Of a stretch of DNA of 64,000 nt, positions 11,110 through 23,117 are shown in pieces; within the stretch, counting starts at the first letter, position 1; each line of letters opens with the position of its first letter. The notes under the pieces are model-generated. The model made no database searches and was not told the origin of the DNA. It saw nothing but the letters and a program-made list of their open reading frames with translations. This stretch comes from Mobula hypostoma (lineage: Eukaryota), in assembly GCF_963921235.1 (NCBI RefSeq), contig NC_086098.1, positions 3,162,001 to 3,226,000 of the forward strand, read 5' to 3'. The translations under genes were made by a program, and so were the position numbers.

Positions 11110-12918
11110 TTAGAGTCACAGAGTCATAGAACACTACAGCACAGTAACAGGCCCTTTGGCCCATCTAGTCCATGCCAAGCCAAACTGTACCTGGACCACA
11201 GACCTCTATACCCCTCCCAAGTTACCTTATCCAAATTTCTCTTAAATATCGAAACTGAACCTGCATCCGCCACTTGCACTGGCAGCCTGCTTGCATTTAC
11301 CTTATCTATACCCCTCATAATTTTGTATACCTCTATCAATCTCCTCTTAATCTTTTTATATTCTAGGGAATAAAGTCCAAACCGAGTCAACCTTTCCCTA
11401 TAACTCAGGTCCTCAAGTCCTGGCAACACCCTTGTAAATTTTCTCTATACTTCTTCAATCTTATTTACATCTTTCCTGTAGGTAGGTGACCGAAACTGGA
11501 TGCAATAGTCCATATTAGGCAATGTCTTATACAATTTCAACATAACATCCCAAATCTTGTACACAATGCATTGACAGCTATACGGACAGGAAAGGAATGG
11601 AGGGTTATGGGCTGAGTGCAGGTTGGTGCGACTAGGTGAGAGTAAGAGTTCGGCACGGACTAGAAGGGCTGAGATGGCCTATTTCTGTGCTGTAATTGTT
11701 ATATGGTTATATGATTTATGAAGGCTAATGTGCCAAACCCTTTTTTTATGAGCCTGTCTATTTATGATGCCACTTTCAAGGAATTATGTATCTGTATTCC
11801 CAGATCCCTCTTTCCTACCATTCACTGTGTAAAACCTACCCCGGCTGGTCCACACACGTGTCTGCATTAAATTCCATCTGCCGTCTTTCAGCCTTTTTTT
11901 CCAGCTGATGCAGATCCCTCTCCAATCCATGATAGCCTTCCTCACTGTCCACTACACCCCCAATCTTGGCGTCATCTACAAATTTACTGATCCAGTTTAC
12001 TACATTATCATCCAGATCATTGATGTAGATGACAAACAACAAAGAACCTAGCATCGATCCCCGCAGCACATCACTCATCACGGGTTTCTGGTCAGAGAGG
12101 CAACCATCTACTACCACTCACTGGCTTCTTCTATGAAGCCAATATATAATCCAATTTCCTACCTCATCTTGAATGCTAAGTGACTGAACTTTCTTGACCT
12201 ACCTCCCATGCGGGACCTTGTCAGATGCCTTGCTAAAGTCCATGTAGACAACATCCACTGCCTTGCCTTCATCCACTTTCCATCTAGATTCCTCAAGATA
12301 CTCTATAAGATTTGTTCGACATGACCTACCATGCACATAGTCATGTTGACTGTCCTTAATCAGTCCATGTCTATTCAAATACTTACATATCCAGTCCTTT
12401 AGAATGCCTTCCAGTAATGTTCCCACTACTAATGTCAGTCTCAACAGCCTATAATTTCCCAGCTTGTTCTTAGAGTCTTTCTTAAACAACGCAACAAGAT
12501 GAGCTATCCACCAATCCACCGGTACCTCTCCTGTTGCTGAGGATGTTTTAAATAACTCTGCTATGGCTCCTGCAATTTCTGCACTTGTCTCCTGTAGGGT
12601 CCGAGGGAACACCTTGTCAGGCCCTGAGGATTCATCCACCCTGATTTGCCTCAGGGCAGCAAACACCTCCTCCTCTGTAATCTGTACAGAGTCCATGAAG
12701 TTGACACCATTTTGCCTCACTTCTGTGGGTTCTATGTCCATCTCCTGAGTAAATAGAGATGCAAAAAATCCACTTAAGATCTCCCCCATCTCTTTTGGCT
12801 CCACTCGTCAACTACCTCTCTGATCTTCCAAAGGAACAATTTTGTCCTTTGCTATCCTTTTGCACTGAACATACCTGTAGAAGCCCTTAGGATTCTCCTT
12901 CATCCTGCCTGCTGGAGC
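11110..12918 (-). mobile_element. CR1 LINE, 5'-truncated, decayed RT (short + strand CR1 3' end nested at ~11575-11712)
   Basis: ORF remnants 12199-12804, 11836-12117 (ISKFVDD) and 11124-11429; (GACTCT)-type tail. Confidence 0.9.
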
Positions 12919-12937
12919 AGACCGTTACACTATTGAG

Positions 12938-13212
12938 ATAACAGTAGCACGATGTTATTACAGCCCAGGGTGTTCCAGAGCTTGGAGTTTCATTCTGCTC
13001 CTATTCTGCAGCAATCTCTGTAAGTTGTCCCTGTGCAATTCAAAATTCAAGGGTTTTCCCTGGCGTTCCAGTTCCCTCCCATAGTCCAAAGACCAGGTAG
13101 GTGACTTGGTCCTTGCAAATAGTCCCATGATTAGGTGAGGGTTAATTGAGTATGTCGGGGGTTGCTGGGTCAGAAGGGTCTACTCCACGCTGTATCGCTA
13201 AGTTAAATAAAT
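12938..13212 (+). mobile_element. V-SINE (HE1-like)
   Basis: Degenerate tRNA head, V-domain CCCTCCCATAGTCCAAAGAC, tail GCTGTATC..TAAATAAATAA. Confidence 0.65.
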
Positions 13213-13254
13213 AACCTGTGGACATGAGCCAAAAGACAGGAAAATGTTGTTTCA

Positions 13255-13450
13255 TCCAGTCAGGCAGCACCTATAGAAGGCAATGAACAGTTGATGTTTC
13301 TTCATAAAGTGTAACTCTTCATTCCTCTCCATAGTTGCTGCCTGACTTGCGGAGTTCCTTCAGCATTTTGCGTGTGCTATTTTCTCCACAGATGCAGCCT
13401 GATCTGCTGAGTATTTTTGATTTGTCTTTCAGATTTCCACCATCTGTGCT
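13255..13450. mobile_element. Degenerate Penelope inverted pLTR fragments
   Basis: CAGGCAGCACCTATAGA paired with TCCATAGTTGCTGCCTGAC; AGATTTCCA.CATCTG end. Confidence 0.6.
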
Positions 13451-13864
13451 TTTACAAAAAAGTCTGCATTGCTGTTTGGTTTCACATTTCACCAATTAAG
13501 GAGTTGCTGTGCTATAAACCTCCACGTTCGAATGCAGCTTCTGAAGTGTTGCAGAGAACTGTCATTTTCACTCAGTACACACATATATTAAAACCTAATA
13601 CATCACTAACTGCTAGCATTGCTGTAAATAAACCAATTTAGTCAAGGAACAATTTCAGAAGAAGTATTAGATTAGTCTTCATGAGGCTGGATTATTGCTT
13701 GGACTAATTTATGATGTTCTAACTGAAAATTTCTGTAAGACATTTTGCAATGTTGCATATTTTCAGAGCTCAAATAGACGGATGAACACAATCCGTATTT
13801 TTTGTAATCAGAATTAATATCGAAGCATCTAATTCTTTAACTTCTTGCTTCTCTGTATCCAGGT

Positions 13865-14450
13865 TATCAAGGATCGACTATTCACCATAGACATTTATAT
13901 GTATGAGGAATTTGTTGTGGAGTGTTAGTCACAGGGTGTGTCATGTAAAAAAAACAACTTCCAACAATTATAAACAATATATAAAAATATAATTAGTGGT
14001 TAAAGTTCCGAAATGGAATAAAATGTGCATAAATACATAAATACCAGCCTGTACTTATAATATAAACAGCATAATGAAAAGTGGTTTAAAATGTTTACAG
14101 TGCAGGGCAGTGATGGGGTAATAGATTGGGGGGGGTGCTAACTGGAATGGTTGATCAGATTAACTACCTGGGGGAAGAAACTTTCAAGATGGTGTGAAGT
14201 TTTTGCTTTAATAGCCCTGTAGTGCTATCCAGAAGGGAGCTTCTGGAAATGGCAGTTTGCAGGGTGGGTAGCGACAATAATGATATTTCAGCCCGTTTCT
14301 TTGTTCTGGACACATCCAGGTCCTGCAGTGATGGTAGACCCTACACAATGACCTTTTCTGCTGACCTGACATTCCTCTGTAGTTTTTGTGTATCGTGAGA
14401 GAAACCAGACAATCATGGCTGACGTGAGGATACTGTCTATGACAGCACCT
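13865..14450 (-). mobile_element. Rex1/Babar LINE 3' part (divergent subfamily)
   Basis: AVIDSILTSAMIVWF...LPSLQDL...HPANCHFQKLPSG...SFFPQVVNLIN remnants. Confidence 0.75.
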
Positions 14451-14949
14451 ACCAATTCAAACAAAATACAGATTTTTAGCATGTCTTCATGAAGCGTGCT
14501 TCCCTCCCTCTTCTATGTCACCTCTAATGCCTCTGACAGTCTGTGTATGTGAGAGGGTATGTGCATTTGCATGTGCTGTGAGTGTATATGTGGCTGTGTG
14601 GCTGTGTGTGAGAGAGAAGGAAATTGTGTGCATGTTTGTCACACATTATTAAAGAGAAAACTAAGCACCCAAGACAGTCTTTGCACAGAGCATTTTGCAC
14701 AGGACCCTCTATTCAACCACAAGACTGAACAGGGACCTCCAGTCCTAGTCATGTCTGCAATGACTTTTCCTTTCAAGAACAAGCCTCAGTGTACTGAAGT
14801 CTGCCAGCAGCAGATTCACTGTCTAGAGAGAATGGGAAAGGAAGTTATCAGTGGCTTGGTAGTTTGGTGTAACCAATTATCAATAAGTTTGAATAGAAAC
14901 AGCACAGATGTAGCAATAAATCACCATCGACAGCCATTTATAGAAAACA

Positions 14950-15432
14950 GCAAACTCCATCTCAGAATTTCTGATCATCCATCCAACAATCTCTTTGACC
15001 TCCTTACCATCCGGCAAGAGGTACCATAGCATGAGGACAAGAACTGTTAGGATGGGAAACAGCTTCTTCCCCCAGACCATGAGCCTACTGAACTCCCTGG
15101 CACAACACAGGAGTCATCATGTACAAAGCGCCAGTAGTGTAATGCTATTTACTCTTTGACTTATGTTGCATGTACACCTATTACTTTGTTAATTTATTTG
15201 TGGTAATATTACTTTTTGTGTTATGTGTGGAGGTATAAGGAGTATATGGAGGAATTTAAGGGGGGAGGGTTATACGGGAGGCAGGGTTCGAGGGTAGGCA
15301 CAACAATGTGGGCCGAAGGGCCTGTACTGTGCTGTACTATTCTATAATCTAGTGTGTGAGTTATATTTGCTGTGTTGTGCACCTTGGTCTGGAGGAACGT
15401 TGTTTCATTTGGTGGTATAATAAATTGAACTT
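14950..15432 (+). mobile_element. Rex1/Babar 3' end with nested CR1 3' fragment (~15230-15350)
   Basis: HPSNNLFDLL.SGKRYHS..MGNSFFPQ remnant. The nested piece carries GGCACAACAATGTGGGCCGAAGGGCCTGTAC. Confidence 0.7.
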
Positions 15433-15850
15433 CAGCTTGACCACACAAACCTTTGATTAATTTTTTCTATTAACCAGACTTACATACCTTCTTTTCCACA
15501 TTTGAAGGTGTTACTGCTCATAATGTTCTAATTCCTTTGGAAACTCACCCAAAACCATATGTCTGAAGTTTGCATCTAAATTTTATTTAGCAAACCATTC
15601 CAACAAAAGAAGACAAAATAATCCGACTGTCCTCCATAACCAATGACAGCAGAGCTGTTGGAATTCTGGATGTTAAGGGAATCAGAGGATTTCAGGTCAG
15701 TACATCAGAGCTGAGGTGAATGATCAGCTGGTCTTTCTCAATCACAAGAGACTCTGCAGATACACTGTGCAAGGTAAGGAACGGGATAGTTCCAATGACA
15801 TTCTTAGATTATTAACCCAGAATTGCAAAGGTGACATGTTCCTTCCATCA

Positions 15851-16149
15851 TAAACACAAGAGATTCTGCAAATCCTGGAAATCTTGAGTAACACACACAA
15901 AGTCTGGTGGAGGAACTCAGCGAGTCAGGGAGCATCTGTGCAGGGAAATGAACAGTTGATATTCTGGGCCAAGACCCTTCATCAATACTGGGAACGAAGT
16001 GGGCAGAAGCCAAATAAGTCCTCAAATGCACAAAGAAGTTCTTTCTGCCCCCTTCCTTTCCAGTCATGACGAAGGGTCTCAGCCCAAACTGTTGGACGTT
16101 TGTTTCCCTTCGTTGATGCTGCTTGACCTGCTGAATCCCTTCAGCACTT
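15851..16149. mobile_element. Penelope hairpin (inverted pLTR halves), degenerate
   Basis: Imperfect inverted arms, each carrying a mutated hammerhead core (15953-15990 on minus, 16061-16098 on plus). Confidence 0.7.
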
Positions 16150-16835
16150 GAGCCTGTCTTCCCCTCTGTCTTTGAGTGACAGAATTTGAATTTTGCAACC
16201 AACTGCACATTACACTTGTTTTTGGCTGGCAACACAGGTAAAAGGGGTCGAAAACCTATTCCTGCTTCATTTTGTTATGTTCCTAATATTTAAAGAATGG
16301 AAAACCAGACTCATTTTTCTGTCCTAAAGTCAGGGACAAATATCGGGTCTAATTCCATCGAGTATGCAGGACATTACGGTGCCTGCCCGCTGTTCACTAT
16401 CGCAGTCACAGAGCCACAAGATAAGCCACTGTTCATCGGACAGTCCAGTTTGTTGACAGCAGGTGTAGCAAGTACAGAACCCGAACCAGTGCAGCAGTCT
16501 TGCCAATTATTACAATTAAATTGCAAGCACAAGTTGCGAACAGAATTGTTCATGACACGTTCTATCTTGAAACTCTATTTCTCTCGGTGTTTGAATGACA
16601 GAATTTGAATTTTGGCACCAACTCTGTATTACACTTTGGAAGGCAGAGATTGCGCTTGTGGGGCTTCCTTCTGTTAGCAACAACTGTCACCAGAGAATTC
16701 AAATGTTGTGCACTGCAGAGTTCCATACAAACAAGTTTTCATTCAATTATAATTTTGCCAATGTTTCTTACTTTGGCTCTACTGTTGAAGTAATTACACT
16801 TCCAGTGCACGTATCCACCCACAGAAGAGTAAATA

Positions 16836-17110
16836 AAACCATAAGACATAGGAGCAAATGAGGCCATTCAGCCCACTGACTGCTCTGCTGTTCCATCATG
16901 GCTGATTTATTATTCCTCTCAACCCCATTCTCCTGTCTTCTCACCATAATCTTTGATGCCCTGACTAATCACGAACCTATCAATCTCTGCTTTAAATATA
17001 CTCAGTGACTTGACCTCCACAATCATCTTTGGCAATGAAATCCACTGATTTGCCACCCTTTTGTTAAATAAATCCCACCTAATTTTTGCTCTAAAGGGAT
17101 GTTCATCTAT
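16836..17110 (-). mobile_element. CR1 LINE 3' end
   Basis: RVANQWISLP..IFKAEIDRF..GIKDYGEK; (TCTTATG)n tail. Confidence 0.8.
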
Positions 17111-17184
17111 CGCGGTGATATGCAATATGCAATGAATTGCCTCAGTAATTAATAAAAGGCAGAAATACCATGAACCGAATATCG

Positions 17185-17465
17185 TGGGGTGGTACAGTAG
17201 CAGGGAAGTTAGCGTAACACCTTATAGTGCCAGCTATAAGATCAGGGTTTGATTCCCACTGATGTCTGTAAGGCGTTTGTATGTTTTTCTCTGTCCTCCA
17301 CAGTCCAAAGACCTTCCATGCAGGTTGGTGACTTGGGTGTGCTACGTTCGTGGCGGAAGTGTGGTGTGGTGACACTTGTGGACTGCACAGCACAACCCTT
17401 GCTGATTTGATTTGATATAAATGATGCCCTTCACTGTATGTTTAGATGTCCTTTTGACGATAAAG
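17185..17465 (+). mobile_element. V-SINE (HE1-like)
   Basis: GGTACAGTAGCA head, B-box GGTTTGATTCCC, CCACAGTCCAAAGAC. Confidence 0.6.
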
Positions 17466-17555
17466 GTTGCAATCAGTTAGAGCGAGCTCTGTTCTGTCAC
17501 AGGTATGCACTTTCATTATTGCTAATCTATCAACTGTTTAAAGTATGAGACAGTG

Positions 17556-17925
17556 ACACACACAAAATGCAGTCGGGACTGGAAAGGAAGGGGGAAGAGG
17601 CAAGAATAAGAAGGTGGGGATAGGGGAAAGAGTACACGCTTGCTGCCAAAGCCCAGTGAAGGGGGAAGGGAGGTGGGGAAGTGATAAGCTGGGAGGTGAG
17701 GGGCTGATGATGGAATCTGATAGGAGAGGACAGTGAACAATGGACAAAGGGAAAAAGGAGGAGCACCAGAGGGAGGTGATGGGCAGGGTGAGGAGGAGAG
17801 AAGGGGTGAGAGGGAGCCAGAATGGGGAATAGAAAAAGAGAGAACTGGAAGGGAGAAGAAATTACCGTACGTTTTAGAAATCAATGCTCTTGCTGTTATG
17901 TTAGAGGCTACCCAGAGGAGTCGGC
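17556..17925 (-). mobile_element. Penelope 3' UTR/pLTR fragment
   Basis: Matches 52430-52790 (GGAATCTGATAGGAGAGG, GAGGCTACCCAGA). Confidence 0.7.
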
Positions 17926-17996
17926 ACCAGGAACGCTGGATACAGTGTGTCCCTGACAGACTCACAATTTTATGAAGAAGTAAACAGTTATTAATC

Positions 17997-19020
17997 AGAC
18001 AAACCATAAGACAAATCATAAGACAAAGGAGCAGAAGTCAGCCATTCGGCCCATCGAGTCTGCTCCGCCATTTTATCATGAGCTGATCCATTCTCCCATC
18101 TAGTCCCATTCCCCCACCTTCTCACCATAACCTTTGATGCCCTGGCTACTCAGATACCTATCAATCTCTGTCTTAAATACACCCAATGACTTGGCCTCCA
18201 CTGCTGCCCGTGGCAACAAATTTCATAGATTCACCACCCTCTGGCTAAAAAAATTTCTTCACATTTCTGTTCTGAATGGGCGCCCTTCAATCCTTAAGTC
18301 ATGCCCTCTCGTACTAGACTCCCCCAATCATGGGAAACAACTTTGCCACATCCACTCTGTCCATGCCTTTCAACATTTGAAATGTTTCTGTGAGGTCTCC
18401 CCTCATTCTTCTAAACTCCAAGGAATACAGTCCAAGAGCGGACAAACGTTCCTCATATGTTAACGCTCTCATTCCTGGAATCATTCTAGTGAATCTTCTC
18501 TGTACCCTCTCCAACGTCAGCACATCCTTTCTTAAATAAGGAGACCAAAACTGCCCACAGTACTCCAAGTGAGGTCTCACCAGCACCTTATAGAGCCTCA
18601 ACATCACATCCCTGCTCCTATACTCTATTCCTCTAGAAATGAATGCCAACATTGCATTCGCCTTCTTCACCACCGACTCAACCTGAAGGTTAACCTTAAG
18701 GGTATCCTATACGAGGACTCCCAAGTCCCGTTGCATCTCAGAACTTTGAATTTAAATAATAGTCTGCCCGTTTATTTTTTCTGCCAAAGTGCATAACCAT
18801 ACACTTTGCAATATTGTATTTCATTTGCCACTTCTTTGGCCATTCTCCCAATCTATCCAAGTCTCTTTGCAGACTCTCTGTTTCCTCAGCAACTACCAGT
18901 CCCTCCACCTATCTTCGTATCATCAGCAAACTTAGCCACAAAGCCATCTATTACATAATCCAAATCGTTGATGTACAATGTAAAGAGAAGCGGCCCCAAC
19001 ACGGACCCCTGTGGAACACC
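17997..19020 (-). mobile_element. CR1 LINE 3' part, relatively young
   Basis: ORF 18314-18673 KKANAMLAFISRG..LVRPHLEYC..LERVQRRFTRMIPG; (TCTTATG)n tail. Confidence 0.9.
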
Positions 19021-19089
19021 AGCCAAAGCTGTTCCATGATGACAATGGTGCTGCTTGCTTCACCAGAACACTGCACATATGTTCAGGTG

Positions 19090-19760
19090 TGTTGAGGTAA
19101 CACAAGAAATTATAATAAGAAATATATTTTAAAAATTAAATACGTTGTGCAAAAAAGAGAGGTAGTGTTGATGGGTTGGTTCATTGTGCATTCAGAATTC
19201 TGATGGCAGAGGGGTAGATCAATGCCTTCAGGGTCCTCGATGGTATGTGAGGAGGAACTTCTTGAGGCAGAGGGTGGTGAATCTGTGGAATGTGTTGCCA
19301 CAGGCAGCTGTGGAGGCCAAGTCTTTATATATACAGTATATTTAAGGCAGAGATTGATAGATTTTTCATTGGTCAGGACATGAAGGGATATGGGGGGGTG
19401 CGGTAGGGGAAGGAAAGACACTGGGGTTGAAAGGAAAATTGGATCAGCCATAATGAAATGGCGGAGCATTTATATCCTATGGCCTTATGATCTTAAGAGG
19501 GCATGTCCTGGGTGGTAGGGGTACTTAATGATGGATGCTGCCTTGTTAAGGCATTTCCTTTTGAAAATCTCCTTGAAGCTGAGGATTCGAGAGCCCATGA
19601 TGAAGCTGGCTGAGTTTTCAAACCTCTACAGCTCGTTCTGATCCTGTCCATACCAGACGTTCATGAAACCAGTTAGAATGCTCACCATGGTGCATCTGTA
19701 GGAATTAGCTGGAATCTTTGGTGACATTCAAATCTCCTCAAGGTTCTAATGATACCACTG
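19090..19760 (-). mobile_element. Rex1/Babar 3' part interrupted by a + strand CR1 3' end (~19245-19495)
   Basis: AGAGGGCATGTCCTGGGTGG Rex motif. The CR1 piece has GTGGTGAATCTGTGGAA and ATTTAAGGCAGAGATTGATAG. Confidence 0.7.
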
Positions 19761-20014
19761 ACATGCTACGGGAAAGATTTGGCAGGGATGGAACAGGGAA
19801 AGTCTGCAGGAGAGAAAACAGAGACACCAGTGGATGAAGCAGAACAAAGCATGACTGAAGAAGAAAGAACATTTGGTCACCTTACAGAGATTGACTGTAA
19901 GAGCAATCAAATTAAAATGAACTAGAGTGTAGCTCCTATTTCACACTTCAAAACATTCTGTACTGTTCGTCAAAATGATCACCTGCCAGTGGCAAAAAAA
20001 TGAATATGTCATTG

Positions 20015-20355
20015 GACATAAGATATCTATCAAATATTGAAAGGCTTTGATAGAGTGGACATGGAGAGCATCTTTCCTATAGTGGGTGAGTGGAGGATGA
20101 GAGTGCACAGACTCACAATAGAAGGACGTCCATTTAGAACAGAGATGAAGAGGAATTTATTTAGCCAGAGAGTGGTGAATCTGTGGAATTTGTTATCACA
20201 GACAGCTGTGGAGGCCAAGTCATTGGGTATATTTAAAGCAGAGGTTGATAGATTCTTGATTAGCCAAGGCATCGAAGGATACGGGGAGAAAGAAGGAGAA
20301 TGGAATTGAAAAGGATAATAAATCAGCCATGATGGAATGGCAGAACAAATTTGAT
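20015..20355 (+). mobile_element. CR1 LINE 3' end
   Basis: ORF 20037-20309 KGFDRVD..FSQRVVNLWNLL..IFKAEVDRFL. Confidence 0.85.
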
Positions 20356-20489
20356 ATATATTTGGCAAAGGAAAGCGAATCTTAAAAGGAAGTATCCAAC
20401 TCCTGATACTCCTGTGCCAGCTATGAAGGGCAGGTTTTTGAATATATTTAAAGCAGAGGTTGATAGGTTTTTAATTAGTAAGGGTTATA

Positions 20490-21325
20490 GGGTCAGAGAG
20501 ACGTACAGCACTGGAACAGGCCCTTCGGCCCATCTAGTCCATGCTAAAACCATTTAAACTGCCTAGTTCCAACGACCTGCACCGGGACCATAGCCCTCCA
20601 TATCCCGACTATCCATGTACCTATCCAAACTTCTCTTTATCATTGAAATCGAGCTCACATTCACCACTTGTATGGGCAGCTTATTCCACACTCCCACGAC
20701 CCTCTGAGAGAAAAAGTTTTCCTTCATGTTCCCCTTAAACTTTTCACCTTTCACCCTTAAGCTATTATTTCTGGTTAAGGGTCCCAGCCAATTTTAGTGG
20801 AAAAAGTCTGCTTGCATTAACCCTATCTATACCCCTCAACATTTTGTATACCTCTATCAAATCCCCTCTCAACCTTCTACATTCCAAAGAATACAGTCCT
20901 AACCTATTCAATCTTTCCTTATAACTCGGGTTCTCCAGACCCAGCAACATCCTTGTAAATTGTCTCTGTACTCTTTCAACCTTGTTAGCATCTTTCCTGT
21001 AGGTAGGTGACCAAAACTGCATACAGTTTTAGGCCTCACCAATGTCTTATATAACTTCAACATAACATCCCATCTTCTGTACTCAATACATTGATTTATG
21101 AAGGCCAATGTGCCAAAAGCTTTCTTTACAACCCTATCTACCTGTGACATCACTTTCAATGAATTATGGACCTGTGTTCCCAGATTCCTTGTTCTACAAC
21201 ACTCTTCAATGCCCTACTGTTCTCTGTGTAAGACCTACCCTGGCTGGTCTTACCAAAGTGCCAAATCTCGCACTGGTCTGTATTAAATTCGATGTGCCGC
21301 TTTGCAGGCCATTTTTTCCAGCTGA
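20490..21325 (-). mobile_element. CR1 LINE 3' part inserted in another CR1 3' end (20420-21480, +)
   Basis: VDRVVKKAFGTLAFI..QFWSP..ERVQRQFTRML remnants. Confidence 0.85.
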
Positions 21326-21867
21326 TTGTATTTCCTCTGCAAACCAGCTCACTGTGTTGAAGGTTGTGGGGAAAAGGTAGGAGAGCTGGATTGAGAGGGA
21401 TAATAAATCAGCCATGATGGTATAGCAGAGCAGATCAATGGGCTGAATGGAGGTACTCTGCTCCTGTGTCTTACAGTGTTATCTAATCCTGACTGATGGC
21501 CTATCAAGCAGGCCACGTTCTCTCATCTGCACCCAGCTTGTCTATTCTGGTTTGATTGATCACTGATAGCCTGTTTGCTCTAATGTAACAACGTTTCATG
21601 CCTCCTCCATCATCTTCTGTCAGTCTCTCCGATTCACAAACCTTTATGGCCATTACTATAGCTCAGCCAAAGAGCACGCAACTCGTTTGTCATACTTGTA
21701 CCCCCTTTCACCTGTCCCGAATATTTGAAACAAATTAACTCTTAAGTATTTCGTATTCTCAGTATTGAGGCCCTCCATTGGTTGGGATTGACCATTGATA
21801 TTGCAATCCCAGCTGCCTACATGATACGCAAGCCAGTACAATATGGAGAGAAGCTGTTGCCCATGTA

Positions 21868-22345
21868 AAACACCCAAAATGCTGGAGGAACTCAGCAGGC
21901 CAGGCAGCGTCTACGGAAAAGAGTAAATAGTCAATATCACAAGGAAATCTGCAGATGCCGGAATTTCAAACAACACACGTAAAAGTTGCTGGTGAACACA
22001 GCAGGCCAGGCAGCATCTCTAGGAAGAGGTACAGTCGACGTTTCAGGCCGAGACCCTTCGTCAGGACAGCAAAAAAAGATGAGAAGTTAGATCAAGAAGG
22101 TGGGGGGTGGGGAGGATAAAGTGCAAGGTGGTAGGAGCTGGGAGGGGGGAGGGGTGAAGAAAAGGGTTGGGAAGCTGATAGGTGAAAGAAGTAAAGGGCT
22201 GGACAAGGGATAATCTGATAGGAGAGGATAGAAGACCATGAAAGAAAGGGAAGGGGGAGGAGCACCAGAGGGAGGTGATGGGCAGGTAAGGAGATGAGGT
22301 GAGAGAGAGAAACAGGAATGGTAATGATGAATGGGAATGGGAATT
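21868..22345 (-). mobile_element. Penelope tandem/nested pLTR and 3' UTR
   Basis: Two successive pLTR hallmark blocks (21868-21935 and 21937-22067) followed by the purine-rich UTR. Confidence 0.75.
22031..22070 (-). ncRNA. Minimal type I hammerhead ribozyme motif (Penelope pLTR)
   Basis: Minus strand reads GCTGTC CTGACGA AGG GTCTCGG CCT GAAA CG TC GACTGT: intact core, stem II AGG/CCT, stem I GTC/GAC. Confidence 0.72.
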
Positions 22346-22990
22346 GCCCATGTAGCAAGCTTCCCCTTCTCCACGCAGCTGATGAATCCAAAGAAACGGC
22401 AGAGACCAATACAGTTTGATGCCAGAGGCATCGCAAGAGTTGCCGGTCAGTGTTGAATTCAATAAAGGACTGCATTAGGTACTCCAGGTTCAGATATTTC
22501 CTCAAGGTTTACTCCCAAAGCTTTTCAATGAGTGTGTACAACCACAAGGCAGCAGAGGTTTGATCAGAGCTTTCCTTCTCCAAAATGAATTGGTAACCAT
22601 GACAGACAACCTGCACCTGCCTGGAGTGTTTGGTTTTAGGGTGCCAGCAACTCACATTTGCCCCTTCCCCTGTCACTAGAAACAATTCTGCCGGGCTTTG
22701 TAGCTAAGCTACTCATGAATGCCAGGAGCTGGACTTGGTAGTCAGAGGCTACCTGAGACGCACTCCAATGGGGGCATTTTTACTATGAGCATGGTTATTG
22801 TGCATATTATTATTCTGTACTTTATTATTAGTTAAGCCTGCACACTGCTTAGTGTGTTTTTAAATGTTGCTGCTGTAACGAAAGAATTTCCCACTCAGGA
22901 TCAATAAAGTATTTAATATTATTATTTAATAGGTGGTAGGAGCTTATCACCATGACCACCCCTCCCCAGACATAACAACCTTAAGGAATC
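22343..22990 (-). mobile_element. Second copy of the 4420-4932 repeat, interrupted by a LINE tail (~22785-22925, +)
   Basis: Reverse-complement similarity to 4420-4860. The inserted piece matches the (ATT)n-tailed end at 59220-59350. Confidence 0.55.
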
Positions 22991-23117
22991 ATTCTCAGTA
23001 TTGTGAATAATATTCCAATTATTATTTATTTCCTTATGCTTTTATTTTGCACAGGTTGTTTTCCTTTACACACTGATTATTTGTCAGTTTATTGTTGGAT
23101 GTATTGATACCATTATA

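Noticed and set aside
19785..19900. Possible acidic exon (GMEQGKSAGEKTETPVDEAEQSMTEEERTFGHLTEID, followed by GTAAGA)
   Set aside because: No polypyrimidine acceptor on +, no known motif; purine-rich composition can explain the open frame.
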